Assembly (NCBI GenBank): GCA_030611805.1
Contig: JAUWPB010000009.1
Location: 1 to 32,000 of the forward strand
Length of the DNA stretch: 32,000 nt
From: Nanobdellota archaeon
GTDB lineage: Archaea; Nanobdellota; Nanobdellia; Pacearchaeales; GW2011-AR1
Direction of reading: 5' to 3'
Shown here: in pieces, positions 1 through 9,232 of the stretch
Layout: every line of letters starts with the position of its first letter
Numbering within the stretch: the stretch's first letter is position 1
Translations under genes and position numbers: made by a program
Notes under the pieces: generated by a model
What the model saw: only the letters and a program-made list of their open reading frames with translations
What the model was told of the DNA's origin: nothing
Databases searched by the model: none

Positions 1-179
1 CCGGAAACCTGATAAGTCTCCTGACCCTGCATTTTAACTTTTAAAACAGAAGGTTCATTAATAACTAAATTTCCATCGTCCATCTCGAAAACAACTCTCT
101 TTACCGGCAACTGCACCTGCGAAATCCCCATCTTTTTCATCATCCCCTGCATCTTCGCCGCGTTCATTCCAGGAAACAT
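1..179 (-). CDS. nac: Nascent polypeptide-associated complex protein (archaeal NAC), N-terminal part; the gene runs off the window start
   Basis: Hand translation of the minus strand from the ATG at 177-179 gives MFPGMNAAKMQGMMKKMGISQVQLPVKRVVFEMDDGNLVINEPSVLKVKMQGQETYQVSG. This matches the conserved archaeal NAC N-terminus (MFPG..MKQMM..MGI.. then the NAC beta-barrel). The ORF is not in the supplied track because it is truncated. Confidence 0.75.
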   Translation of the reverse strand, partial: MFPGMNAAKMQGMMKKMGISQVQLPVKRVVFEMDDGNLVINEPSVLKVKMQGQETYQVS

Positions 180-335
180 CTAATAAAACATCCGAAGCCC
201 AACGACGAGAACAATCACCGCAATAATCATTCCAACAACCGCACCAGGTCCGAATTTAAATTTAGAATTATATTCTTCATTATACCGCATCAATCCACCG
301 AATCCAGCCGGCATAGACATACTTTCATTCGCCAT
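180..335 (-). CDS. secG: Preprotein translocase subunit Sec61-beta/SecG (archaeal)
   Basis: The sequence MANESMSMPAGFGGLMRYNEEYNSKFKFGPGAVVGMIIAVIVLVVGL carries the G-L-x-R-Y-x-E motif followed by one C-terminal TM helix, as in Sec61-beta. I prefer the internal ATG at 333-335. The track start at 380 overlaps the serS stop and adds a hydrophobic N-terminus. Confidence 0.7.
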   Translation of the reverse strand: MANESMSMPAGFGGLMRYNEEYNSKFKFGPGAVVGMIIAVIVLVVGLRMFY

Positions 336-366
336 AAAAAAAACAATCACGCCTAGTTTATAAAAC

Positions 367-1650
367 TTACTTCCGCTCAATCTTTTTCTTTCCGCCCATA
401 TACGGTTGTAGCACTTTCGGGATGTTAATAGAGCCGTCTTTGTTTTGACTATTTTCTAGAATGGCAACCATTATTCTGGAAGTTGCAAGAGCGGTATCAT
501 TTAAGGTATGTATTATTCCACGTCTTTTTCCATCTTTTGAAGTAAAACGAATATCTAATTTTCTTGCCTGATAGTCAGTGCAGTTAGTTAATGAAACAAC
601 CTCTCCATAACCGTTGACTGTAGGTCTCCAAGCCTCCAAATCTGCACTCCGATATTTCCAATCTGCCAAATCCCCTGTGCAAATTTCCAAAACCCTATAT
701 GGTAATTCTAATGCTTTCAAAATATCCTCAGAATTTTTTAGTAACTCATCATACAATCTTTCTGAATCCTCAGGCATACAGAAAATAAATTGCTCAATTT
801 TATTAAACTGGTGAGTCCTCCATAATCCCTTTTCATTAATACCATGTGCTCCAATTTCCTTTCTGAAACACATTGAATATGAAAAATATTTTTTAGGCAA
901 ATCTGATTCTAAAATTGTATCATTTGTGTGCATTGCCAAAAGAGATTGTTCTGCAGTACCAATTAAATTAAGGTCCTCTCCTTTAATAGAATAAACTGAT
1001 TCTTCAATTGCCTCTTTATCCATTGAAGCATATATTGATTTTTCATTAAGCATTAAAGGGGCTTCAATATATTCATAACCTTTTTTTTGCATAAAATCTA
1101 TTGTAAATCTAATTAATGCTTGATTTAACAAAGCTAATTCTTTTTTAAGATAATAAAAACCCTTGCCGGAAACTTTTGCCGAAGCATCAAAATCCCCTAC
1201 TCCCAAAGTCTCGATTAACTCTACATGATTTTTCACAGGAAAATTAAACTTCTTTATTTTACCAACTTTCCTAATCTCTACATTCTCAGAATCATCTTTT
1301 CCAACAGGAACAGACTTGTGAATTATATTCGGAATCTTATACATAATCTCTCTTATTTTTTCTTCTAACTTTTTTCTTTTAACCTCTAACTTTTCAATTT
1401 TTCCAGGAATCTGTTTTGCTTTCTTTATCAAACCAGACGCATCTTTTTTTTGTTTCTTAAATTTATTAATCTCCTTAGAAATATTATTCCTTTCACTCCT
1501 TAAACCATCTTCCTTATACTTCAACTTTCTCCACTCTTCATCTAATTTTTTTACTTTATCAACCAAAGAAAGTTTTTCATCTTGAAATTTCTTTTTTATA
1601 TTTTCTTTAACCAACTCAGGATTTTCCCTAACTAATTTGATATCTATCAT
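367..1650 (-). CDS. serS: Seryl-tRNA synthetase
   Basis: 427 aa. It has the N-terminal Lys/Glu-rich coiled-coil arm (MIDIKLVRENPELVKENIKKKF...) and a class II core (GTAEQSL, CFRKEIGAHG, LNDTALATSR). Confidence 0.95.
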   Translation of the reverse strand: MIDIKLVRENPELVKENIKKKFQDEKLSLVDKVKKLDEEWRKLKYKEDGLRSERNNISKEINKFKKQKKDASGLIKKAKQIPGKIEKLEVKRKKLEEKIREIMYKIPNIIHKSVPVGKDDSENVEIRKVGKIKKFNFPVKNHVELIETLGVGDFDASAKVSGKGFYYLKKELALLNQALIRFTIDFMQKKGYEYIEAPLMLNEKSIYASMDKEAIEESVYSIKGEDLNLIGTAEQSLLAMHTNDTILESDLPKKYFSYSMCFRKEIGAHGINEKGLWRTHQFNKIEQFIFCMPEDSERLYDELLKNSEDILKALELPYRVLEICTGDLADWKYRSADLEAWRPTVNGYGEVVSLTNCTDYQARKLDIRFTSKDGKRRGIIHTLNDTALATSRIMVAILENSQNKDGSINIPKVLQPYMGGKKKIERK

Positions 1651-1732
1651 AACAAAATAAAAGAAATGTTCTATTTAAAGTTTATTGAGGGTTTTGAAAA
1701 TCTTTATAAACAATATTCACTAATTAATTAAA

Positions 1733-2413
1733 ATGGCAGAGGTAACAAATAGCACAGGACTTTTAGAGATGTATAATTTATTTGTTTCAACCATGCCTTC
1801 ATGGGCTCAAAATTTCATCAGTCTGTTTTTATTAGTTCTGTTGATTGTTCTTTATTCTGTTTTTATCTGGAAATTTTACAGATTTATTGCTACAAAAAAT
1901 ATTCTTGGATTAAATCTCAACAAATATAACACAACAACACATCCTTTTTTTACAAAACTACTTGCAGGAACTCTTTATTTTATAGAATATATTTTAATTT
2001 TACCATTCTTAATCTTTTTTTGGTTTGCAATCTTTACACTTTTTTTGATATTTTTAACAGAAGGACTGGAAATAAACGCACTTTTACTAATCTCTGTAGG
2101 AATTATCGGCGCCATAAGGATGATTACTTATATTCCAAAATATGGTGAATCCCTAGCAAAAGACCTTGCAAAACTCTTACCTTTCACTTTATTGGCTATT
2201 TCAATCCTTAACCCGGGCTTTTTCAATATTGAAAGAATCTTCAGACATTTCAGTGAACTCTCAGGATTTTTTAATGAAATAATTATTTACTTAGTATTCA
2301 TAATCACTCTTGAAATAATTTTAAGATTTTTTGATTTTATTTTTTCTCTTTTTGGATTAGAAGAAGTTCAGGCAACTGAAGAAGAAATTAAAGAAAGCAC
2401 AGAAGAAGAATAA
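1733..2413 (+). CDS. Hypothetical polytopic membrane protein with an acidic C-terminal tail
   Basis: 226-aa ORF with about 5-6 long hydrophobic segments and a C-terminal EEVQATEEEIKESTEEE. I recognise no family. Confidence 0.6.
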   Translation: MAEVTNSTGLLEMYNLFVSTMPSWAQNFISLFLLVLLIVLYSVFIWKFYRFIATKNILGLNLNKYNTTTHPFFTKLLAGTLYFIEYILILPFLIFFWFAIFTLFLIFLTEGLEINALLLISVGIIGAIRMITYIPKYGESLAKDLAKLLPFTLLAISILNPGFFNIERIFRHFSELSGFFNEIIIYLVFIITLEIILRFFDFIFSLFGLEEVQATEEEIKESTEEE

Positions 2414-2447
2414 AAAAAACTTCACATAAAATTCTATTCTAAAATAT

Positions 2448-3476
2448 TCAAACACTCAAGCTGTATTTTTTCTTAAGTTTTTCAAATTTAAAATTCTGAA
2501 TCCAGCTGATTTTTCCCTTTTCTTTTATTATCTCATTTATTTTAATCCAGTCTTGAGCATCTTTATATTCATACAAATCATTCCCTAAAGAACCTCCTTC
2601 AGAAATTAAAATCACTTCTGGCTCTGAAGATAATTTTCTCGCTCCAATATATTCATTCTGATTATTCGTAATTATTGACGGCTTAGTAGTTTCAATAAAA
2701 CAATAACCAGTATTATCTAAACTATATTTAATCGGGCATTTTATTCCAAGAGATTCATGATTCTCCACGGGATAATAAAACAAAACCACTCCATATCCTA
2801 TTTCTTTTAATAAAAAAGCCAGCAACTCAGATTTCTCTCCGCAAACTCCATATCCATTATAAAGAACTTCATAAGAATACTGAGAATAATTTACATGATT
2901 ATTTCCTATTGTAACAACTTCGTCAGATCCACCAAAAGAAATCATCTGAACAATACTTACAGCAATTCTCATTTGGTCTTCCTTGCTCTCCTCTATGTTC
3001 TGTATTTTTGTGACCAAGGGCAAAAGCAATTCTCTTTGCTCCTTTTCATTAATATTCTTAAGTTTAAAATCTCCTCTAGAAGGCTTGTCTTCTCCATTAG
3101 AATAAATAAACTTAGAAAGACCTTGAATATAATCCACCATCTCTTCATAAACCACAAAATCTATTTCTTTTTCCTCGCCTCTTAAAACATATCTAAGACT
3201 TATATTTTTTGGATTAGCCTGATATTTTGAAATGCACAACTCTCCCTCCTCTCTTAAAACTTCAGGACAACCACAAACAGATGCCTTCTCCACAAGAGTT
3301 CCATTTAAACAAAAATAAGGTTTTCTTAAAGAACAATTATCATAAAAAGTTCTGTCTCCGCAAGCAGAAGTTTTTTTATAGTATGAAGAAAAAAGGTAAA
3401 TCCCTGCAATCAGAATTAAAACTATCAAAAAAAATAAAACTATTTTTGCACATCTCTTCTTTTTTTTCCCAATCAT
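2448..3476 (-). CDS. Membrane-anchored transglutaminase-like (papain-fold) protein with an N-terminal Cys-rich module
   Basis: There is an N-terminal TM helix (IVLFFLIVLILIAGIYLF) and then a Cys cluster (CGDRTFYDNCSLRKPYFCLNGTLVEKASVCGCPE). Next come GYGVCGEKSELLAFLLKEIGY ... ENHESLGI, which resemble the Cys and His motifs of the transglutaminase-like core. Confidence 0.55.
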   Translation of the reverse strand: MIGKKKKRCAKIVLFFLIVLILIAGIYLFSSYYKKTSACGDRTFYDNCSLRKPYFCLNGTLVEKASVCGCPEVLREEGELCISKYQANPKNISLRYVLRGEEKEIDFVVYEEMVDYIQGLSKFIYSNGEDKPSRGDFKLKNINEKEQRELLLPLVTKIQNIEESKEDQMRIAVSIVQMISFGGSDEVVTIGNNHVNYSQYSYEVLYNGYGVCGEKSELLAFLLKEIGYGVVLFYYPVENHESLGIKCPIKYSLDNTGYCFIETTKPSIITNNQNEYIGARKLSSEPEVILISEGGSLGNDLYEYKDAQDWIKINEIIKEKGKISWIQNFKFEKLKKKYSLSV

Positions 3477-3510
3477 GAAATAAAATACAAAAAGAATTAT
3501 AAAAACTTAA

Positions 3511-6147
3511 CTACTCCAGATAAATCCCTGGTCGTCCAGGTTTTACTTTTTTTGATTTATTTTCCGGGTCGTATTTTTTCTTGTCATTAACTGCAAAAGG
3601 GATTATTGGAATTAGCGTCCGGGTGTAAAAAGATTCAGCATCTTGATACATTTTCAATTCCTGAGGTAAAACATAAACATATGCTTTCTTAGGTTTTTTC
3701 TTCAACAACTTAATTATCTGTCTAATATCTTCTCCTAATTTTCTAACTTTCTCTTCTGTATCTTCAAACTCCTTAACTTTTAATTCAGGCCATTTTTCTA
3801 AGCTAACAATTTTCTTTTTTCCAATTTTATTCCATAATTCTTCAGCTAAATGAGGTGTGAAAGGTTGCATCAAAATAGTAAACGTCTCTAGAATTTTATT
3901 AAAAGTCTTCTTATTAATTTTATCAACTCTTTTCAAATACCAATTAATATCAGAATATAATTCAAAATAAATCTTTTGTATAGCTGACCTGAATAAAGTA
4001 TTCTCCATAAATTCCGTTGCTTTTTTCGTATGAAGTGCTAATTTATTCTCAATCCATCTATCAATTTCCCTTTTCTCATTAATTCCTTTATTATAATATT
4101 TAGAAAGACCCAACATTGAACTAAATCTTTTTTCTAGATTCTTTACAAACATAGAATCCCAATTAGGGTCATCCATCCCTTCCCCTCCATTTAAGATAGT
4201 CAGTCTAGATGCATCAGCTCCGAATTTATCTGCCATAACACGCAAAGGAATTGTATTTCCTATACTTTTACTCATTTTTTGACCTTCAACTTTAACCCAT
4301 CCATTTACCCCAATCCCTTTTGGCCAATACTTTTCTGGAAAAATAGCAGCATGATTAAATATAAAGAAAGTGAGATGGTTCTGTACAAGATCTTTTCCTG
4401 AATTTCTAAAATCAACAGGGTACCAATATTCAAATTCTTCTTTCAAAACCCTCCATTTCTTTTTTCCTTTCCCTTTACCTAAGAATATATAATCAAAGAA
4501 CTTTTCATTTATTTCTGATAATTTAAATGTCTTAATTTTATGAGCAATAGTATAATATGCCATATAAATTGTAGAATCTGAAAGAGACTCAATCAACCAA
4601 TTTTCATCAAAAGGCAATTTAGTTCCTAGACCATATTCTCTTGAACAAGCCCAATCTTTAAGCCAATCGATCACATATTCAAACTGATCTCTTACAGATT
4701 CAGGATAAAATTTTATTTTCTTCAAAGCCCTATGAGCATCTTTTTTCCATTTTTCATCACCATACCTGATAAACCATTGGTCGCTCACAACTTTCACAAT
4801 ACACTCTGTTAAACTTCTACTTACAACCTTGCCAGTTAATTCATAAAATACTTCGATTGATTTTTTCTTCAATAAATCCTTCTTAATAATCTCCTGTCCT
4901 TTAGATATACTCATACCTTCTAAATTTTTTGAAAAACCTTTACTATAAAGTTTATTAAAAGTAGATTTTGAAAAAGTAAATGTATAAAGTTCCTTTCTAA
5001 TCTTTTCTAATTTTTCTTTTTCATTCTGAGATTTAATACAATATTTATCCAGATAAAATTGTGCAGAATTACCTTCGATACCAGGAGTATTAAAGATTTC
5101 AATCGGTTTGATTAACTTAACCTCTCTTAAATCAAGATTATATTTTTTTATTAAATTATCATCTTTTTGTATATCTCGAAGCGCAATTAAATCATCTGCA
5201 GAATCAGACGGAACAGAATGTACAATTCCTGATCCAACTTTTGGGTCAAGAAAAATGGCGGGCAAAATTAAAATCTTATTTCCATTAAATGATTCTACTT
5301 TCCTGCCAACAAACTCTGATCCTTTAACCCTCGCTCTTTCCTGAACATTAAAATTTTGGTTCTCTAATTTTTTCAACATTGGTTCAGAAACAATCCAGAT
5401 TTCACCATTAATTTTAGTTTCAATATATTCAATATCAGGATGGATATATAAATTAGTAATTCCCATGAGAGTATCATTCCTCAAAGTCGCAGTAATTATT
5501 TTTCTTCCATCATCTAATTTAAATTTAAACAAGATCATCTCTTGAGGGATTTCTCCTTCCCCTTCAACTCTATCATGATCCCCAACAGGCATATTAGTTT
5601 TAGGGTCCCATACAACAGGATGTTCTCCTTTCCCAACATAATTCTTTTCTTTTAATTTTCTAAATTGCCACCTAATAAATTCATCATAGTAAGGATTTAG
5701 TGAAGTTGTGATAAAATTTCTTCTCCAATCAATACTTATGCCCATCTTATTCAAATCATTGTGCCATTGCTTTCCAAAAACCTTTATCCAGTGCTCAGGG
5801 TCCTCGAATTTTTTTATCTCTTTGTCAGAGAATCCCTCTTTTCTAAGAGCCACTATCTGTTTTGGTTCTTTTTCTTTTACCCTATTGGCGGCACCAACTA
5901 TTGGGCTACCAGTAGCATGCCAAGCTTGTGGGAAAAGGACATTAAATCCTCTGGACCTTTTATATCTGGCGAAAGCTTCTGCTCGCATTAAGCTAAAAAA
6001 ATGCCCAATGTGAGGACCCAAGTTAACATAAGGATAAGGAAAAGTAATAAAAAACTTTTTTCTTTTATCTATCTCTGCTTCAAAAACTTTCGCCTGCTCC
6101 CACTTTTTCTGCCACTTAGATTCTATTTTTTTGAAGTTGTATTTCAT
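3511..6147 (-). CDS. leuS: Leucyl-tRNA synthetase (archaeal/eukaryal type)
   Basis: 878 aa. It has a HIGH-type motif (NLGPHIGHFF), KMSKS (GQKMSKSIGN), and a CP1 editing insertion between them. Confidence 0.95.
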   Translation of the reverse strand: MKYNFKKIESKWQKKWEQAKVFEAEIDKRKKFFITFPYPYVNLGPHIGHFFSLMRAEAFARYKRSRGFNVLFPQAWHATGSPIVGAANRVKEKEPKQIVALRKEGFSDKEIKKFEDPEHWIKVFGKQWHNDLNKMGISIDWRRNFITTSLNPYYDEFIRWQFRKLKEKNYVGKGEHPVVWDPKTNMPVGDHDRVEGEGEIPQEMILFKFKLDDGRKIITATLRNDTLMGITNLYIHPDIEYIETKINGEIWIVSEPMLKKLENQNFNVQERARVKGSEFVGRKVESFNGNKILILPAIFLDPKVGSGIVHSVPSDSADDLIALRDIQKDDNLIKKYNLDLREVKLIKPIEIFNTPGIEGNSAQFYLDKYCIKSQNEKEKLEKIRKELYTFTFSKSTFNKLYSKGFSKNLEGMSISKGQEIIKKDLLKKKSIEVFYELTGKVVSRSLTECIVKVVSDQWFIRYGDEKWKKDAHRALKKIKFYPESVRDQFEYVIDWLKDWACSREYGLGTKLPFDENWLIESLSDSTIYMAYYTIAHKIKTFKLSEINEKFFDYIFLGKGKGKKKWRVLKEEFEYWYPVDFRNSGKDLVQNHLTFFIFNHAAIFPEKYWPKGIGVNGWVKVEGQKMSKSIGNTIPLRVMADKFGADASRLTILNGGEGMDDPNWDSMFVKNLEKRFSSMLGLSKYYNKGINEKREIDRWIENKLALHTKKATEFMENTLFRSAIQKIYFELYSDINWYLKRVDKINKKTFNKILETFTILMQPFTPHLAEELWNKIGKKKIVSLEKWPELKVKEFEDTEEKVRKLGEDIRQIIKLLKKKPKKAYVYVLPQELKMYQDAESFYTRTLIPIIPFAVNDKKKYDPENKSKKVKPGRPGIYLE

Positions 6148-6154
6148 TCAAATA

Positions 6155-6457
6155 CTAAAAGTAATATGTTTTTAAATTATTTCTTTCTGAGTTTTCAAAA
6201 TTCACAGTATAAGAAACATGTGCCATGTGCATTTCAGCAGTTATCTCTATCTTATAAGTACCTTTAGGAATCTTCTGCATTTTTCGGATTAAATTAAAAT
6301 ATGGAATGCCAATTTGTTGCGGATTAACATTAAACTGTATTAATCTACGCCTATGAATCCTAAAAAAATTAGCCTTAGAGTTTCTCTTAAATCTGCGAGT
6401 AGTATTTCTTTCCTCATTAGATATAATAACATCAGAACATAAACATTCAAGAGCCAT
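6155..6457 (-). CDS. Hypothetical protein (100 aa) immediately upstream of leuS
   Basis: An open frame of 100 codons in a stop-rich, AT-rich genome, on the same strand as leuS and 7 nt from it. No motif recognised, so it could be spurious. Confidence 0.3.
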   Translation of the reverse strand: MALECLCSDVIISNEERNTTRRFKRNSKANFFRIHRRRLIQFNVNPQQIGIPYFNLIRKMQKIPKGTYKIEITAEMHMAHVSYTVNFENSERNNLKTYYF

Positions 6458-6633
6458 TTTAAAAATTAAGTATTTAATTAACAGCCCTTATAAAAGAGCC
6501 AGGACTAACACCAATCCAAGAACTAAAAAGTTTTGTGTTAATCTCATGGATAAAACAAGAAAAGCATATTTTTAAATATTATTATCCTCTATTTTAATTA
6601 TAAATTACAATTGTATTTCATATTTTATTTTAA

Positions 6634-7239
6634 TCAGTAATCTTTAAATAATTTCTTAAAAGCATCTATTTGCAAAGCAAACTCTTTAAAATAATCTTCT
6701 TCTGTTTGTTCAAAAATATTCTTCCCTGTAGCTTTAACTAAATATAAACTCCTCAAAGGAAAAAACATATCAAATTCTCCCTGTAATTTATCCGTCAAAA
6801 TATAATTCCTTTTATATTTAATTTGCCTGTGTGATCCATCTGGAAACAAAACTGTCCATCCATCTTCAAAATAAAACTCCTTTTGCCCGCCATACTTTTT
6901 TGCCAGATTAATATAAAAATTCTTCATTCTCTCTCCAATTTCCTGCTGTGTAAATTTAGATTCGTCTTCTTCACCCAGACAAATTCTTTTCACATGGGTA
7001 GGATCAAATATTTCTCCTTCAAAAAAAACCGCAGTATCCCCTGCAATCACAGGGCAAGGATATTTATTTTTATAAGGTAAAATTTTTTGCAATGAATTTT
7101 CCAAAACATCTTTCCCATTTTCTTCAACTTCAATTAATTCTGGTATGACTTCAATTATAATATTAGAATTAATTCTCTGAAATATTTTATTCATCCTTCT
7201 TAATTTTGATTTATTCCTGGATGCAAGATAAACTTTCAT
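6634..7239 (-). CDS. Divergent Ham1/ITPase-like (non-canonical NTP pyrophosphatase superfamily) protein
   Basis: MKVYLASRNKSKLRRMNKIF resembles the Ham1 N-terminus (..ATGNKGKL.E). VEENGKDVLENSLQKI and VIAGDTAVFF resemble the E-x-G-x-T-F-x-E-N-A and DDSGL segments. The similarity is weak, so the function call is tentative. Confidence 0.4.
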   Translation of the reverse strand: MKVYLASRNKSKLRRMNKIFQRINSNIIIEVIPELIEVEENGKDVLENSLQKILPYKNKYPCPVIAGDTAVFFEGEIFDPTHVKRICLGEEDESKFTQQEIGERMKNFYINLAKKYGGQKEFYFEDGWTVLFPDGSHRQIKYKRNYILTDKLQGEFDMFFPLRSLYLVKATGKNIFEQTEEDYFKEFALQIDAFKKLFKDY

Positions 7240-7320
7240 AAAAAAATATAATTAACAATCTTTAAATAATCTTCTTTGTTTTAAAATATAAGTTGTTTAA
7301 ACATTTTACAAAATCTTCGC

Positions 7321-7800
7321 TTAGATTTTTTTCTTCATTTCATAACGAGATATTTTAAAATCTAATTTATCATAAAAATTTGTGGCATTTTTGTTTTTCT
7401 TATTTACTAATAAACAAATTTCTTCATATTTTCTATTTTTAAGATTTCTAACAAACTCATTTATTAAAAATGTTGCAACTCCCTTTCTCCTAAATTCTTT
7501 TAATACAAAAATATCTCCAACATAACCCATTTTGGTACAGAGACTATTAAAGAATATTTTTTGAAGACTTTGTTTGCTAAATAAGACCCCTTGAATATAT
7601 CCTATCAGTTTACTTTTTTCTTCAGCAACAATTAATAAACTTTTTCTAGAATGTAGAATACTATAAAATTCTTTCTTAAAAATAGAATCTATTGGAGAAA
7701 TTAATTCTTTTCCAAAACTAATGAGATAATCCTCTTTTCTGTATTTTTTTAAATTTAAATATTCTTTGAAATCTTTTTGTATGGCTTTTCGTATCTTCAT
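7321..7800 (-). CDS. GNAT family N-acetyltransferase
   Basis: 159 aa with acetyl-CoA motif A (EFRRKGVATFLINEFV). Its start overlaps the stop of the upstream radical SAM gene as ATGA at 7797-7800. Confidence 0.8.
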   Translation of the reverse strand: MKIRKAIQKDFKEYLNLKKYRKEDYLISFGKELISPIDSIFKKEFYSILHSRKSLLIVAEEKSKLIGYIQGVLFSKQSLQKIFFNSLCTKMGYVGDIFVLKEFRRKGVATFLINEFVRNLKNRKYEEICLLVNKKNKNATNFYDKLDFKISRYEMKKKI

Positions 7801-8963
7801 TTTCTTAGCAAAGAATTTTGAAGTGTTTGATAATAGTTTTCAGAGGATTCTTTCCAGCGTGTTTTAGATTTTTCATAAAGTTCTGCAAAAGAATCTTTTT
7901 TAATATTTCCAAAACCTTTTAGGGGATGTTGCATTAAGTCTTCACAGAAATCCGTTACTATTCCCTCTGGACCAATTCTAAATCCACTATAATTTACTAA
8001 AGGTAAAATAGTTAAGTGAGCAAAAGTTTTCGGAGAGTCATTGATTGGGAAAAGTAAAGATGGAGCAAAATCTTCTAAAATTGCAGAATTTTGTTTTTTA
8101 AAATAACCTTGATTCCAGAGACCAGCAACAATCTCTGAATTTTCTTTGCCCATTAAATTAAGAGTTATACTTTTTATATTTTTTGAAGCATTTTTTAATT
8201 GGTCTATGGTTTTATAAAAAATATCTTGTGTTGGAATTAATGATAAATCATTATACGATGTTTCAAAACAAAATCCAACACTAAGATAATCTAACCCAGC
8301 ATTTACTAAATCAGGCAACATTTTATCAAGAGAATTAACATTATGAGTCATTGTCGTAAAATTGGCAGTTAAATTTTCTAATCCTGCTTTTTTCGCTGTT
8401 CTTAATCCTTCTAATGCTTTTTGATAATTTCCTTGTCCTCTTATTTTATCGTGATTAGGTTCATCTCCATCAAAACTTATGCTTGTGAAAGAAAAATTAA
8501 ATTGCTTCAGCCAATTAATTTCTGAAGGTATGAGCGTTCCATTTGTAAGTATCCTATAATTTAATCCCCTATTTTCTGCTGTTTCTAAAATTATTTTTGT
8601 TGTGTCTGGAGACAGAAGAGGTTCTTTGCCTACTATAGACAATGTCCTAACTCCAAAATCTTTTGCATCATAAATAAGGTTTTTCCAGTCTTGCGAAGTT
8701 AAATCATCTTGATTAGAATATTCATTTTGAATATGGGTGTCAGCAAGATAGCAATGAGAACATTTTAGGTTGCAAATTCTGTTTACATCAACTCCCAATT
8801 CCAGACCCGAAGGTATTTTATCCCCCGAATTATTTCTTGTGTCATAAATTTCCTTTATTTTATCTCTCGCATCTTTTGCTACTTTTCTAAAATCTCTTCC
8901 ATTTGCTAAATCATCCATTATTCCAAATTGGAAATCTATAAACTCGTTATGTGTTTCAGTCAT
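7797..8963 (-). CDS. Radical SAM protein (AnSME/PqqE-like core, no SPASM/twitch Cys motif)
   Basis: CNLKCSHCY is a CX3CX2C motif. GKEPLL matches the GGEPLL-type SAM-binding motif, and ILTNGTLI is present. Outside the cluster triad there are only two other Cys (VGFCFE, DFCEDL). Confidence 0.85.
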   Translation of the reverse strand: MTETHNEFIDFQFGIMDDLANGRDFRKVAKDARDKIKEIYDTRNNSGDKIPSGLELGVDVNRICNLKCSHCYLADTHIQNEYSNQDDLTSQDWKNLIYDAKDFGVRTLSIVGKEPLLSPDTTKIILETAENRGLNYRILTNGTLIPSEINWLKQFNFSFTSISFDGDEPNHDKIRGQGNYQKALEGLRTAKKAGLENLTANFTTMTHNVNSLDKMLPDLVNAGLDYLSVGFCFETSYNDLSLIPTQDIFYKTIDQLKNASKNIKSITLNLMGKENSEIVAGLWNQGYFKKQNSAILEDFAPSLLFPINDSPKTFAHLTILPLVNYSGFRIGPEGIVTDFCEDLMQHPLKGFGNIKKDSFAELYEKSKTRWKESSENYYQTLQNSLLRK

Positions 8964-9001
8964 TTTATTTTTTAATTAATTTAGAAATCATCTCTATTAT
9001 A

Positions 9002-9232
9002 TTACCTAATCTCCATATCTACCGGAATCACTGATGCGCCAAAACCTACAGAAGCAGAATGTCCACTTATATTTGGTTTAATATCTTTATTATATTTTGT
9101 ATAGCCAGTATTTTGAGGTATTACTCCTGCTCCAAAACTAATTCCGGCAGAATATCCACTTACATTTGGTTTAATTCTTTCTTGGCTCATACTTATCTTT
9201 TCCAATTTATTTATTTGTTCTTTAGTTTTCAT
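9002..9232 (-). CDS. Small repeat-containing peptide, candidate RiPP precursor
   Basis: 76 aa. The leader-like MKTKEQINKLEKISMSQER is followed by two units IKPN[VI]SG[YH]SA[GS][IV][SG]FGA[GS]VIP at aa 20-39 and 51-70 (14/20 identical). A TATA-like box lies ~27 nt upstream, and the radical SAM gene starts 38 nt downstream. Confidence 0.55.
   Translation of the reverse strand: MKTKEQINKLEKISMSQERIKPNVSGYSAGISFGAGVIPQNTGYTKYNKDIKPNISGHSASVGFGASVIPVDMEIR

Noticed and set aside
614-6267. Short antisense ORFs inside serS, the transglutaminase-like gene and leuS (614..814, 2895..3185, 3227..3478, 5108..5344, 5708..6013, 5761..5991, 6001..6267).
   Set aside because: They lie opposite confidently identified long genes, and their low-complexity translations carry no motifs.
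9023-9175. A 93-nt-period DNA repeat that could be taken for a CRISPR-like or tandem DNA repeat; also the antisense ORF 9059..9253.
   Set aside because: There are only two copies, they are in frame, and they fall within a coding ORF, where they encode the duplicated peptide unit. There is no spacer/repeat architecture. The antisense ORF is a by-product.
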